Of a stretch of DNA of 64,000 nt, positions 19,690 to 30,719 are shown piece by piece. Within the stretch, counting starts at the first letter, position 1, and each line of letters starts with the position of its first letter. Origin of the DNA: Spirochaetia bacterium (GTDB lineage: Bacteria; Spirochaetota; Spirochaetia; SP-2023); NCBI GenBank assembly GCA_965225855.1, contig CBDDCK010000005.1, positions 896,001-960,000 of the forward strand, in the 5' to 3' direction. Under the pieces are notes generated by a model. That model was not told the DNA's origin and did no database searches. It worked only from the letters and a program-made list of their open reading frames with translations. The position numbers were made by a program, and so were the translations under genes.

Positions 19690-20952
19690 ATGAATGATAA
19701 CGAGCCTAGCTGGGTTAAACAGTCTAATGGTATGATAAATTCTCCCCTAGGTTTTTGGGCTACGGGTCTTCATGCTGGTTTTCGGCGCAATTTCAGCCGT
19801 CTGGATTTAGGCTGTATCTATTCGGAATGGCCTGCTCAAGCTGCAGCGATGTTTACTCGCAATCAATTTTGCGGCTCCCATATTGCTATTACGCGCAAGG
19901 CTTTACAGCAGAGTGGTGGCATATTGCAAGGCTTAATTTGCAATAGTGGCCAAGCCAATACGGGTACAGGGAAACGTGGTATTGAGTTAGCCCAAGAAAC
20001 ACAGACTCTCTTTCAGCAAAAAATGGCTATTGCCAAGCCTGAATGGGTGGCCGTATTTTCTACAGGGGTAATTGGGATTCTTCCTGAAATTCGTTGTGTC
20101 CGCAATGGTATTGAACGATTGCAGCCTAGCCATAGCCCCAAAGCTGGTAGTGATTTCAGCCGTTCCATTTTGACAACCGATCAGGTTACGAAAACCAGTT
20201 GCTATACGATGGAAATTGATAGCCAGTTGATTACACTATCGGGTAATGCCAAAGGCTCTGGCATGATCCACCCCAATATGGCTACCATGCTTGCTTTCAT
20301 TACCACCGATGCTGCAGTAGCAGAAGGTGCACTCGTTCCTTTACTGCAGCAATGCGTCAATCGTAGTTTTCATCGTATTAGTGTCGATAACGAAACATCA
20401 ACTAATGATTCTGTAGTCATTTTGGCCAATGGTATGGCTAGAAATAAACCTTTACATCCAGAGCATTCTCGCTGGAAAACTTTTGCCAATGCTTTAGAGG
20501 CTTTATGCTTGGACTTAGCCTATGCGATTGTCCGCGATGCTGAAGGTGCCCACAAGTTTATTGAAGTGGAAATTTTGGGAGCGATTAGTGAAGAGCAAGC
20601 AGCTTATTGTGCCAGAGGTGTGATTTCTTCTAATCTATTTAAAGCAGCCATGTATGGCGAGGATATGAACTGGGGCCGTATCTGTAGTGCTCTTGGTACG
20701 GCTACGATTGAGTACAATTTGTCCATTGATTTTAGCCATATTGATTTGATAGCAGGCAAGGGCAAAGAAGCCATTTCTTTGGTGCGAAATGGTGAGTTAC
20801 AAAAATATTCAGAATACGATGCAGCCACATTACTTTCGCAGGCTAATATTTACTTTGCTATTGATCTGCATTTGGGCAGAGAAAGTGCCAAGGCCTGGGG
20901 CTGTGATTTGTCTTATGATTATATCCACATTAATGCAGCCAAACGAAGTTAG
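19690..20952 (+). CDS. argJ: Bifunctional glutamate N-acetyltransferase ArgJ
   Basis: NSGQANTGTG, STGVIG, KGSGMIHPNMATML, ETSTND, WGCDLSYDYI motifs. Confidence 0.96.
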   Translation: MNDNEPSWVKQSNGMINSPLGFWATGLHAGFRRNFSRLDLGCIYSEWPAQAAAMFTRNQFCGSHIAITRKALQQSGGILQGLICNSGQANTGTGKRGIELAQETQTLFQQKMAIAKPEWVAVFSTGVIGILPEIRCVRNGIERLQPSHSPKAGSDFSRSILTTDQVTKTSCYTMEIDSQLITLSGNAKGSGMIHPNMATMLAFITTDAAVAEGALVPLLQQCVNRSFHRISVDNETSTNDSVVILANGMARNKPLHPEHSRWKTFANALEALCLDLAYAIVRDAEGAHKFIEVEILGAISEEQAAYCARGVISSNLFKAAMYGEDMNWGRICSALGTATIEYNLSIDFSHIDLIAGKGKEAISLVRNGELQKYSEYDAATLLSQANIYFAIDLHLGRESAKAWGCDLSYDYIHINAAKRS

Positions 20953-21057
20953 TAGCACAGCAATTAAAATTTGTTAAGTTAATTTGCAATAATTAGATAG
21001 ACCATTTTCTTTAGCTCATCAGAACCGACTTGAAAGTCAATCCCTTGCATAATATCG

Positions 21058-21618
21058 CTATAGTAGGTAAAACAGATGCGAAAAAATGGCATAGGCTGCT
21101 AAGTCAACAGAATTTTCTGCCAAAGCAATTTGCTTATGTTTTATACCATAGTTGAGAATTACTTGGAGTAACAAAATATTTTGCTCTTTAAAAGCCTTAA
21201 CAATGGATTGTATCAATTTATGGAAAGAATTATATTCAAATAATAAAGCTTGATGCTTGCGCAAAAGTTGGTCTCCAATTTCGACAATGGTTTCTATATA
21301 ACTTTCCAAAGCTGCTAAACAGTGAAAATTTTCTAAATTCGTTTTCTCTAGCTCAGACAATTCCAAGCCGTTTAGAGTAGATGATTCTATTTTTTGATAT
21401 ACATTCAATACTTCCCAATCCATTACAGCAGTAAATATCGACTTTTTATTTTTAAAATAATAGTAGAGAGCTGTTTTACCTACTTTGCTGATTGAAGCAA
21501 TTGCATCTAATTTCGTATTTTTGAAACCATTCTGGCGAAATAATTGCGAAGCAAGCTGTATTAGTTCCTGCCGTTTGTGATCGCGCTGACTATCGTCTGT
21601 TTCCCATTCAATTTTCAT
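21058..21618 (-). CDS. TetR/AcrR family regulator
   Basis: N-terminal HTH LFRQNGFKNTKLDAIA...GKTALYYYFKNK; divergent from the transporter operon. Confidence 0.9.
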   Translation of the reverse strand: MKIEWETDDSQRDHKRQELIQLASQLFRQNGFKNTKLDAIASISKVGKTALYYYFKNKKSIFTAVMDWEVLNVYQKIESSTLNGLELSELEKTNLENFHCLAALESYIETIVEIGDQLLRKHQALLFEYNSFHKLIQSIVKAFKEQNILLLQVILNYGIKHKQIALAENSVDLAAYAIFSHLFYLL

Positions 21619-21654
21619 TATTGTAGCGATGATATACTATTACTCTTATTTTTA

Positions 21655-21753
21655 TCAATTTCTATTTTGAATAAATTGATAAATATTCAAAATAGAAATT
21701 GACACTATTTTAAATAAATATTATTTTGAATAAATTGATAAATATTCAAAATA
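21655..21753. promoter_or_regulatory. Duplicated palindromic operator, likely TetR sites
   Basis: TATTTTGAATA-N10-TATTCAAAATA at 21663-21694 and again at 21722-21753, flanking a TTGACA. Confidence 0.65.
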
Positions 21754-21767
21754 AAGGAGTCTTAAAT

Positions 21768-22556
21768 ATGAAATATTTTACTATAATTATGGTGTTGAGT
21801 CTGATATTCTTAAAACCGCTATACTCACAAGAGGGTCAGAAGGTTGGGCTTAATGGGGCACAAATAGCACAAAAATCTTTTGCGATAGCAAAGCCGAATT
21901 CTTTGCGTATGAAGGTTTTGATACAGCTAATCAATCCAAAAAGCCGCAAAGCCAGAGTGCGCCATATTGAAGTTATACAAGAGGAAAGTGCAAAGTCTCG
22001 CAAATTTATTGAATTTATTAGCCCTCAAGATGTAGCTGGTACAAAATTCATCAGCTCTGAACGGGCGAATATTACAGAAACACGAATGTTTTCTCCCGGA
22101 GATGGAAAAATCCGTGTTATTACCAGCAGTTCCAAAAAGAATTCTTTTATGGGTACAGACCTTTCTTATTACGATTTGGAAAGCCATAATTATGAGGATT
22201 TCCATTACACATTGCAAAGCAGTGGGCAAAAGATTAAAGATAAATCTTTTGCGGGAATGTCTTTTTATGTTGTTGAGGCCATACCAAAAGATCGTGCTGC
22301 CCCCTATGATAAAATGCTTTACTGGATTGAAGATGACTACTTTCAAGCTCGGCGCATTGAAGCTTTTGTCAATAATATCAAAGTCAAGGATATTTATATG
22401 CTCAAAAATATAGAGGGCATTGGGTATATCATTCCTAAAGTTATTCTGGCAATCAATCATCAGAAAAATGGGCATCGCACTATTTGGGCTGTCCAAGAAC
22501 AGGAGCTCAACCCAAATATTGAAGAGCGTGTATTTTCACTACAAAATTTAAGGTAG
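21768..22556 (+). CDS. Outer-membrane lipoprotein-sorting (LolA-like) protein
   Basis: AGGAG RBS before ATG 21768, signal peptide, F.SP.DV.GT and SFMGTDLSYYDL motifs. Confidence 0.8.
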   Translation: MKYFTIIMVLSLIFLKPLYSQEGQKVGLNGAQIAQKSFAIAKPNSLRMKVLIQLINPKSRKARVRHIEVIQEESAKSRKFIEFISPQDVAGTKFISSERANITETRMFSPGDGKIRVITSSSKKNSFMGTDLSYYDLESHNYEDFHYTLQSSGQKIKDKSFAGMSFYVVEAIPKDRAAPYDKMLYWIEDDYFQARRIEAFVNNIKVKDIYMLKNIEGIGYIIPKVILAINHQKNGHRTIWAVQEQELNPNIEERVFSLQNLR

Positions 22557-22563
22557 TGATTTT

Positions 22564-24099
22564 ATGAACATATATCAAAATTTGCGATATGGCATAGTAT
22601 TTTGTATAGCTCTATTCATTATAGTACCCAGTGTATTTAGCCAAGATACAGCTCAAGATATGAATCAGGACTTTGAGCAAGATACAGATTTGTTAAGTGG
22701 CTTTGTGGCTCCAGAGCTTTTGCTTGAAAAACAGACTAGTTCAAAAGAATTGAAATCCAGCGTAAAACTTGAAGGTGAGCATATTTTATTGGGGGCTATA
22801 CCTACTGCCGAAGATTCTCTTGTTGGTGAAGTTGCCCCTGCGTTGGTAAACCAAGTTCAATTGAGTTTTGACCAAGGCCAAGGCCTAGCTCTAGTTGCAG
22901 GGTTGGACTTGCAAAGTCGTTTGGGACAAATAGGGCAAAGTAGCCAACTAAAACATCAGCTCCGTCCATTAGAAACATATGTTGGGCTTTATGACTTAAA
23001 TGGCATATGGAGCTTCTACCTTGGTTGGCAGAATTTTGGTTGGGGGGCTGCCGACAAAATAAGCCCTATTGATATTCTCAATTCGCGTGATTTGCAACCA
23101 AGTCCGAGGAGGCAAAAAAAGCTAGCAGTGTTGGCGGCCCAATTCCAATTGCAACCATTACCTTGGTTGGGTTTTGAGGCCGTCTATCTACCGTTTTATC
23201 AAGGCAATCAAATAGATATACTTTCTCAGCTAAATAAAGAATTGGCCTCTATGAAAGCTAAGGCTGTGTTGGATAAAACGGAATTAAACTTTGATGAACC
23301 AACCTTGGGTGGCCGTCTGCGTTTTTACTTGCCAAATTTTGATATAGGCCTTAGCTATTTATTTACTCCTGATGATAATTTAACAGCATCGGTCTCTAAC
23401 TTGAAATTCGATGGAGGTAAAGGCTATGTTAAAGAATTATTAGAATTATTGTTAAAGCGCAAGCAGCTTCATCATTGGGGCTTAGATTTGCGATTGGCTT
23501 TCCCAGAATGGAGCTTATGGTTGGATACAGCTTTTGCTCTGGATACCGAATGGGAGCTTGGTTCTTATACTGTGCGTTCGCCCAAACTCAGCAGTGTGCT
23601 TGGAGCTGATTTTAACTATGGCCCTGATAAAAAATTCTATACCAATTTCCAATATTCCTTGCGTTGGTTGCCAGATTATCAAGACAGTTATTCTGGGATT
23701 CCCAAAACAAAATGGGATTTTAAAAATCTGTATGCCTTACTACAATTTAACAATAAACTGGCTAACTACAATGAGGGGCTTTTACAACGCTTTATACTGC
23801 ATATGGCTTTCCCGTTTACCATAAATACAACAAATACAGAGAATAATTCAATATTGAATTTAATTTCTGTATTTAACTTGGCTTATGATATTCCCCTATT
23901 GTACAAAGGAGTAGGGGCACATCACATTTATATTAACCCCGAATTGGAAATGAGTTGGGATTGGCAAACCAGCATTACTCACAGCTTACAATTGGGTTTG
24001 GCAATAGGTTTCGAGTGGTTTGCCAAGCTCGAACAAGAAGCCGTTAACCGTGGTTATTATCAAGACCAAATATACCTTGAACTTCGTCTATTATGGTAG
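22564..24099 (+). CDS. Putative outer-membrane beta-barrel protein (DUF1302-like)
   Basis: Signal peptide, LGWQNFGWGAAD...PIDILN motif, C-terminal alternating residues ending in W; context in a LolA-like/MMPL operon. Confidence 0.6.
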   Translation: MNIYQNLRYGIVFCIALFIIVPSVFSQDTAQDMNQDFEQDTDLLSGFVAPELLLEKQTSSKELKSSVKLEGEHILLGAIPTAEDSLVGEVAPALVNQVQLSFDQGQGLALVAGLDLQSRLGQIGQSSQLKHQLRPLETYVGLYDLNGIWSFYLGWQNFGWGAADKISPIDILNSRDLQPSPRRQKKLAVLAAQFQLQPLPWLGFEAVYLPFYQGNQIDILSQLNKELASMKAKAVLDKTELNFDEPTLGGRLRFYLPNFDIGLSYLFTPDDNLTASVSNLKFDGGKGYVKELLELLLKRKQLHHWGLDLRLAFPEWSLWLDTAFALDTEWELGSYTVRSPKLSSVLGADFNYGPDKKFYTNFQYSLRWLPDYQDSYSGIPKTKWDFKNLYALLQFNNKLANYNEGLLQRFILHMAFPFTINTTNTENNSILNLISVFNLAYDIPLLYKGVGAHHIYINPELEMSWDWQTSITHSLQLGLAIGFEWFAKLEQEAVNRGYYQDQIYLELRLLW

Positions 24100-26657
24100 A
24101 CTCGAACGAAAAGAACGAATTTAATAGAAGGGAAGCGAACATGGCAAGTACCGTAATAGAACCGCCGGACAACTGGGCCGGCCGAATACTGACCTTTTTA
24201 TATCACCGCAAGTGGCTAGGTATTATCCTGCTAGTAGGTATTATGCTGTTGTCTTTTTGGGGTATGCTGAGCCTTGTGGTAGAAGCCGATGCTACTAAAT
24301 TCCTACCTAAGAACACAGCAGAGCGCCTTGCCAGCCGAAAAATAAAAGAGCTGTATAGCATTGATACGGAAATGATTATTGGCTATGAAGCAACAGACAT
24401 TGCAGAACCTAAGATAATTAGTCTGATAACTGACTTGACTAATGCGTTGCAGAGCTTAGAAAAAGAAGTAGTAAAAGAGGTAGAACCTGCTACCACCGAT
24501 GCGAGCAAGCTTGGTGAGAGCAAAAATTTAATTAGTAGTGATTTGCTTGGTGAAAGCAATTTGGATAGTGATATTTTTGAGGATTCGGAGTTAAGCAATC
24601 TTGCTTTTAGCAATGACAATAACTTAACTTTACAAACATCGCTTATTCAAGATATTCAATCTTTTGACACCATTAGTATTATGCTTTCCGATGGCATTGG
24701 TGGTTTGGAAGACAAGGAAGTTACCTCTCTTCAAGGTGATGCTTTGAAACAAGAGCTTCGAGATTGGGGCCTATATGAAAAAATCCTCTATAATGATGAC
24801 TTTCGCTACGGTGCGATTATTATTCAGCCGGGAACGGAGCTAACTTCAGATCAATACCGCAGGCTCTACCAAGAAGTTGTGGTTACGCTAGAGTCCTTTA
24901 AAGGAAAAGGCTTAAATTTTTTCCTTGGAGGCGAAGCTGTGATACAAAGTGCCATGGGTGAATATATTTTAGCTGATTTAGTTTGGCTGATTCCGTTGTT
25001 GGCTTTGATTGTCTGTAGCATTTTGTACATTTATTTCCGCAGGTTTTCTGCTCTTATCATCATTCTTTTTCCTGTAGTCTTTGCGCTCTTAGCTACTATT
25101 GGGCTTATGGGCTGGCTGGGTGTTAAGTTTACTTTTATCCATGCCAGTATTCCTATTATTATCATTGCTTTAGGCAGTGCTGACTCAATTCATACTTTGG
25201 GGCATTTTGCCAAACAAGGTGGCGGTAATCTCTTATTACTACAGCGTATCAAAGCTACCCAACGGCAATTGCTCCAGCCTATCACCCTTACCAGTATCAC
25301 TACCAGTATTGGTTTCCTCTCTTTTGCTGGCAGTGTTATGTTACCTATCCGCAGCTTTGGTTTATTCAATGCGGCTGGTATTGGTTTTGCTTGGCTTTCC
25401 AGCCTTTTTATAGCCCCCTTGTTGCTACCTTTATATAAGCCTCCTTTACAGCAAAAGCCTAAGAATAACAACCAGCATAATGCTTTGAATGTAGCAGCAA
25501 TCGCTTGGAACTTCACTCGTTTGTTAGCAAGACACCCCTATATTACCCGCACGGTATTCCTCTGCAGTGCTGGCTTGCTGCTGCTGATACCGCAGGTACC
25601 GGTAAATAATGACACTATCAGTTACTTCCACCCCAACTCACGTGTGGTCAAAGATAGCTTGATTATCAATGATAAACTCAGTGGTATCTACACTATCCAT
25701 ATTAGTATGGAAGCTGTTCAAGCAAGTATATCTGATACTTCTCAAAGTTCAATCGAGCAGAAAGTACTAGAGCCAGAGATTCTACAATATATGGCCAACC
25801 TAGCTACTTACGTCAAAGAACAAAACCCAAGTCTAGTCAATAAAACCATTGGCTTGCAAGATTTTGTGTTGCAACTCAACGGTTTGCTAAACCCAGGTCG
25901 CAATAACCAAACGCCACAATCACTGCCAAACCGCCAAACTATCGTGCAATATCTCTCCTTGTATTCGGGAAACTTGGATAGTTTTGTTAGCCCAGACATT
26001 TACGAAGCCCAGAGTGCCAGAGTCTCCATTTACTTAAATGACGGTAGTAAAGACAGCACTCAAAAAGTGCTACGCGATATTGAAGTGTTCCAAGCTCAGC
26101 ACTTGCCAAAAGGTTATAAGCAAATAGAAAGCGGTGCTTCTTTAACGATAAACAACATGAATCAGTTAGTGGTCAAGGAACAAATACGCAGCATCATTTT
26201 GGCAATCACTGGTGTTTTCCTCATTGTTCTGTTTAGTTTCCGCTCGCTACGCTTGGGCTTGCTCGCTTGTTTGCCTTCAACTATCACCTTATTGCTTAAC
26301 CTTGTGCTCATGGCATTGCTGCAAATTGATTTGGACATCAGCACGGCATTGATCAATAGTCTGTTAATTGGCGTGGGGATTGACTACGGTATCCACTTAA
26401 TTAGTGCCTACCGCCAAGGCAAAATTCAGCACGATGGCCCTAGTGCCCTGCAGCAAGCCCTCAAACAAGTCAGCTCTAATATCCTGCTCAATGCAGTAGC
26501 TGTAGGCCTAGGCTATATGACATTAGTCTTTTCTCAATTCCGTAGTTTAGGCTACTTTGGTGGACTTTCGGCACTGGCCAATATGATAGCCGCTGCCTTA
26601 ACCCTGTTGATTCTACCTCTACTTCTATTAAACAAAAAACAAAGGTCTTCACTATGA
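24093..26657 (+). CDS. MMPL/RND-family exporter
   Basis: Two MMPL repeats, multiple TM helices, ALGSADSIH and GVGIDYGIH motifs. Confidence 0.88.
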   Translation: MVDSNEKNEFNRREANMASTVIEPPDNWAGRILTFLYHRKWLGIILLVGIMLLSFWGMLSLVVEADATKFLPKNTAERLASRKIKELYSIDTEMIIGYEATDIAEPKIISLITDLTNALQSLEKEVVKEVEPATTDASKLGESKNLISSDLLGESNLDSDIFEDSELSNLAFSNDNNLTLQTSLIQDIQSFDTISIMLSDGIGGLEDKEVTSLQGDALKQELRDWGLYEKILYNDDFRYGAIIIQPGTELTSDQYRRLYQEVVVTLESFKGKGLNFFLGGEAVIQSAMGEYILADLVWLIPLLALIVCSILYIYFRRFSALIIILFPVVFALLATIGLMGWLGVKFTFIHASIPIIIIALGSADSIHTLGHFAKQGGGNLLLLQRIKATQRQLLQPITLTSITTSIGFLSFAGSVMLPIRSFGLFNAAGIGFAWLSSLFIAPLLLPLYKPPLQQKPKNNNQHNALNVAAIAWNFTRLLARHPYITRTVFLCSAGLLLLIPQVPVNNDTISYFHPNSRVVKDSLIINDKLSGIYTIHISMEAVQASISDTSQSSIEQKVLEPEILQYMANLATYVKEQNPSLVNKTIGLQDFVLQLNGLLNPGRNNQTPQSLPNRQTIVQYLSLYSGNLDSFVSPDIYEAQSARVSIYLNDGSKDSTQKVLRDIEVFQAQHLPKGYKQIESGASLTINNMNQLVVKEQIRSIILAITGVFLIVLFSFRSLRLGLLACLPSTITLLLNLVLMALLQIDLDISTALINSLLIGVGIDYGIHLISAYRQGKIQHDGPSALQQALKQVSSNILLNAVAVGLGYMTLVFSQFRSLGYFGGLSALANMIAAALTLLILPLLLLNKKQRSSL

Positions 26658-27562
26658 ACACAATTAATAAGCGTATCAAACCCCTATTTTCTATGATAGC
26701 TTTGCTAGCATTCAGTGTTTTACCCGCCATGTCTTTACAAGCATTGCCCACAGATTTACTGGATACTTGGGTCTTACCTCAGCAATCACAATCTTGGTTC
26801 AACGGGCAATACCGTTATCGAGTGTTGGCTTTTTGGCAAAAAGGCCCAAGCATTGAATATTTAGAATTACGTATTTACCCCAGCGATGGCGTGCGCAGCG
26901 TCTTGATTACCGGCAAAGTTCGGGGGCAAGGGCAGGCTACTTTGGTATTGCAACAACAGCAAGAAATCCGCATTGTCAATGAAGGCAGAGGTTTCCCTAC
27001 ATATTTTAGCCACCATGTCAAACCGCTTGCAAGCCAAAAGGTGCACAAATATCGCCTAGAGAGTGGTAAAACTTTAGAGCTCAATGGCCAAGAAACCTTT
27101 AACCATTACGGCGCAAGTTGGGCCAAAGCTCGCCGAAATCATGATGCTTTTGCTGCGATGGACTTAACTGTAATCCATTTCTACCTAATACAATCTCAAG
27201 TACCCAACTTCGGTAGCATGAAGATGATGAAAAATTCTAATACTGAATATACAGGTTTACTCTCTGGACAAATGATCCTGGACTTTGAGGCCCGCGGCTT
27301 GTTAGGCTTTGGCAATTCTGGCCTATGGTTTCGATTGATAGACTTTCAACAATTGCCTCACACCCTGATAAACGGCAAATGTTTTGGTGGCTTTAAGTCT
27401 ATGGAAGGGTTTATGCAGTTTTTTGTCTATGGAGAACCCGTATTGAAAGTAGACTATAGTCAAGTAATTATGGCCAACGGCTATGCAGCTGATGGTTCCT
27501 TTCTGGTAAACTTTCCCGGCAAAAGTCAAGTTGCTATACCAGTCGGTCGCTACGGCCAATAA
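26654..27562 (+). CDS. Secreted hypothetical protein
   Basis: 302-aa ORF with signal peptide, ATGA overlap with the upstream gene. Confidence 0.6.
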   Translation: MNTINKRIKPLFSMIALLAFSVLPAMSLQALPTDLLDTWVLPQQSQSWFNGQYRYRVLAFWQKGPSIEYLELRIYPSDGVRSVLITGKVRGQGQATLVLQQQQEIRIVNEGRGFPTYFSHHVKPLASQKVHKYRLESGKTLELNGQETFNHYGASWAKARRNHDAFAAMDLTVIHFYLIQSQVPNFGSMKMMKNSNTEYTGLLSGQMILDFEARGLLGFGNSGLWFRLIDFQQLPHTLINGKCFGGFKSMEGFMQFFVYGEPVLKVDYSQVIMANGYAADGSFLVNFPGKSQVAIPVGRYGQ

Positions 27563-27828
27563 GTCCAATATCATCGACTATCTAGTTAGCAAAAGTCGAT
27601 TCAGTTTTATCATATCAGTTCAGTAGCGTTGCAATTTCAGCAAGGCTACTTTATCATTCCAGCAAAACTAGATAGAAAACTTAGTGGTTCTGTTTGTCTA
27701 TTTCACCTAATCTGATGAGTGCCTTCCCCAAATAGGAAGGCACTCATCAAAAACTTGTAACTCCAGAAAAGCTGGCTGCCGTATGCCATTGCCTACGGCT
27801 TAACATAGCTAAATCACCGTGATAGCGA

Positions 27829-28527
27829 TTACTTGACGGTTAAGATGTTTGCCAAAATACCCGTGCGGATTTCATTGTTTTGGGTATATGCAGCCCGCAA
27901 CTCCAAATGGTAATTGCCTTTATTCAGCGTAGAAGGGATCAAAAAGTTCACTTTGCTATTGGTACTATCTAACACATCAATAACGCGGGTCTCGGTGTCA
28001 TCATTGGCTATGAAGAATATCCCTTCGCTACTCTCGTTGGCATCAAACTGTAGTCTCGTGCCAGTCAGCCGCGCCATATTTGCAGGAGTAATCGTCTTAT
28101 TAGTGGTGTTGCTCTTGCTATCAAACAATTCTATAGGCTGTGGTGCTACTAATTCGGCTGCAACCTTTTCGATCACAGCTTCTTGAATCGACATTTCTAA
28201 AGTCGAACTAGCACTAATGCTGACGTGTTTGCGGTGCTTTCCACTGGTGAAACTATCTGTAGGAGAACTAAACTTGCCCTTAATGCCGGGGCGATAGTTG
28301 CCGTGCCGCGTGTTGACATAACAGCCTTCTCGCAGGTATTGTTCCAAAGTCGTAATGTATAACTGCATGCAAGCCAGTATATCTCCTTTGGTTAAACTGG
28401 TGCCAGCTTGGGTCATACGTTCGTAAATATCGTCTTCCCCAATGTTTTGTACCGGGTGCACCATAGCCTTATAAACTTTACTCTTTGTTATTAAGTTGTT
28501 TTCAGACAAGCTGTATTTAATAGGCAT
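27829..28527 (-). CDS. HU-like DNA-binding domain plus DUF4469 Ig-like protein
   Basis: MPIKYSLSENNL...AGTSLTKGD, LTGTRLQFD...EGIFF, IPSTL..G.YHLELR pattern; GGAGG RBS. Confidence 0.7.
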   Translation of the reverse strand: MPIKYSLSENNLITKSKVYKAMVHPVQNIGEDDIYERMTQAGTSLTKGDILACMQLYITTLEQYLREGCYVNTRHGNYRPGIKGKFSSPTDSFTSGKHRKHVSISASSTLEMSIQEAVIEKVAAELVAPQPIELFDSKSNTTNKTITPANMARLTGTRLQFDANESSEGIFFIANDDTETRVIDVLDSTNSKVNFLIPSTLNKGNYHLELRAAYTQNNEIRTGILANILTVK

Positions 28528-28889
28528 TCAATCCTCCAAATATCGTATTGATTAGGCCATATCCAATATGGCTAATATGGGAATTACTATAATAGCAATT
28601 CATTATCTTGTCTAGTGGTTGGCATAATAGTTATGCTACAATTGAATATTTGACTATTGGCACTCTGATTGTCTAATTGTTTTGCGGCAATTGTCGTTGA
28701 TAGTTCCACCCACTACCTATGATATTGGGCGTATGAATAGGCAATTTTTCACTTATTTATCCATTGTATTGCATTGTCGATGCTGGGTTTGATGTTGTCA
28801 ATCATATGGCTTTTTGGCTATGATTGCTTACTATTCAGTATCGTTTTGCAAACTCAAGTTATGCCATAGCCTTGTTATAATGGTTGTTC

Positions 28890-30374
28890 CTATCTAAGGC
28901 TTTCGGTCAATATCTCGTTATCTGGCACACCTTCATCTAGGTTGTTTCTAACGCAACCACGCTTAGTTAGGGAAAAACAAAAGGCGCTTTGTTGCTGTTG
29001 TTTGCTGGCAATTGCCAATTCTTTTAGTACAAACTCACTTTGGCTAGCGATAAATATCTGCACGCCTTTTGCCGCTAGTGCGGCCAAGATCTGCACAAAC
29101 TGCTGCTGCAAAGCAGGGTCAATGTCGGCTTCTATTTCGTCTATCAGCAGCACACTATCGCGATTGATGATGTGGTTCTCTAGCAATAAGCGCAGCTGTT
29201 GCACTTTTTTGACCCCTGGGTCTCCCTGATCAAAAGGGATTGTTTCACCGCTAGCCAGTTGGTAGATAAATGCATCGTATGATTCAAGATTGGGGTTGCG
29301 CTTTATTGTTTGGCCACCACAGTAGTATTGTGTAAAGCATTCCAGCAAGCTTTCTTGCTGCTTGAATGCTGCTTGATCATAGGGACTGTAGATTAATTTC
29401 TGGCAGGTCGTACTATAAAAACGCGGATATTGTTGCCAATTTTCGATTACTTCGCTGTATAAGCTTAGCAATTCTGTTGGCGGCAGAAATACAGGATCAA
29501 AAAAGAATATACCTTTATGTGCCTTATCTGTAATGTTTTGCCATTGCCATTCTCGGTTATAACTTTGCAAATTAGCTTGGATATGGGCTTGCTCTATCTC
29601 CGATATTAGAAAGTATTGTTGTAAGTTTTGCTTAGGGTCTGTGCTGGTAATCGCATACAATAGCGTTAGCAAAGTGGTTTTGCCTGTGCAACTTTTACCC
29701 CAAAATACGTTGAGCCCGCCAAATTCCATCGTTAAGGCTGGCAGGGTCTGTAGGCGATTGAGCTCTAGCTTTTGTATTTTTATCGGCTGAAAGTCCTGCG
29801 GTTTTACCAGCTTGGCGTGGTATTCTCGCGTTTTATCATACATAGGGTGGTAATAAGGAGATAATGGTTGGATTTTGCGGTTATCGTCTAAAGCTTGTTC
29901 ATATTTACCTTGTTTGGCATAGCATTGACTGCGATAAAAATAGTTAATTTCATCGTTTGGGCTGTGCTCAATCAATTGGTTGTAGTCGGCTAGTGCCTTA
30001 TGCCATTGCCAGTCCCTTTCGTATAATAAGGCTCGATCGATGTAGACAAGCATATAGTTTGGCTGCAATTTAACCACTTGGTTATAATCGGCCACGGCTT
30101 TATTCCATTGTTGTTGCATTTCATATAATTTACCCCGTTGATGATAAGCAGGCACATAGCTTGGCTGTATCGCAAGGGTTTGGTTCAAGTCTCGTAAAGA
30201 TTGGTCTAGCTCTCCTAGTTCTTCATAGGCTATTGCTCTGTTGTAATAGTATTTGGCATTGTTTGGTTCTAGCTCTATAGACTTGGTATAGGCTGTTATA
30301 GCTGCCAAATAATTCCCTTTTCTTCGCTGCTTTTGCCCTCGATTGAAGGAATTTTTTGCTTCTTTATTCGTCAT
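28890..30374 (-). CDS. TPR repeat (about 5) plus ABC-type AAA ATPase, degenerate paralogue
   Basis: TPRs, Walker A GKSCTGKTT, LLIDEIE; H-loop His replaced (ASQS), frameshifted tail, no partner gene. Confidence 0.75.
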   Translation of the reverse strand: MTNKEAKNSFNRGQKQRRKGNYLAAITAYTKSIELEPNNAKYYYNRAIAYEELGELDQSLRDLNQTLAIQPSYVPAYHQRGKLYEMQQQWNKAVADYNQVVKLQPNYMLVYIDRALLYERDWQWHKALADYNQLIEHSPNDEINYFYRSQCYAKQGKYEQALDDNRKIQPLSPYYHPMYDKTREYHAKLVKPQDFQPIKIQKLELNRLQTLPALTMEFGGLNVFWGKSCTGKTTLLTLLYAITSTDPKQNLQQYFLISEIEQAHIQANLQSYNREWQWQNITDKAHKGIFFFDPVFLPPTELLSLYSEVIENWQQYPRFYSTTCQKLIYSPYDQAAFKQQESLLECFTQYYCGGQTIKRNPNLESYDAFIYQLASGETIPFDQGDPGVKKVQQLRLLLENHIINRDSVLLIDEIEADIDPALQQQFVQILAALAAKGVQIFIASQSEFVLKELAIASKQQQQSAFCFSLTKRGCVRNNLDEGVPDNEILTESLR

Positions 30375-30479
30375 TTTCTTGCTCCTGTTTCGCTGTACTG
30401 TGAATTTGGTTTTGCTAATTTACCAACCAAATCCCTGTGATTCTCTGTCTATATATCATGGATATTTGCATGATTTCGC

Positions 30480-30650
30480 AATTATAATCTATCGGTCCAC
30501 CTAATGTCAATAGAGCGACCATCATATATTTTTTATCCTAAAGAATCAAGGTAGCTTGTTCCATTGTATGATGATTGCCTTTGTCAATACTGGTTTACGA
30601 CTTCTATCAATGCCATTGAATCTTGATCGATAGTCGAAATATTTTTTATG
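30480..30650 (-). pseudogene. Diverged remnant of the HEPN gene 3' end and downstream flank
   Basis: GCTTGTTCCATTGTATGAT...TGGTTTACG.C.TCTATCAATGCCATTGAAT aligns with 36626-36693. Confidence 0.65.
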
Positions 30651-30719
30651 AGTAGCTTACAATATTGGGCTATATCGTTGATCATTGGCTGAATTTTCAC
30701 TGGTAGATGCTTGGGCAGT

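Noticed and set aside
27713..27749. 15-bp hairpin between convergent genes as an intrinsic terminator
   Set aside because: No U-tract follows the stem on either strand, so it was left uncalled.
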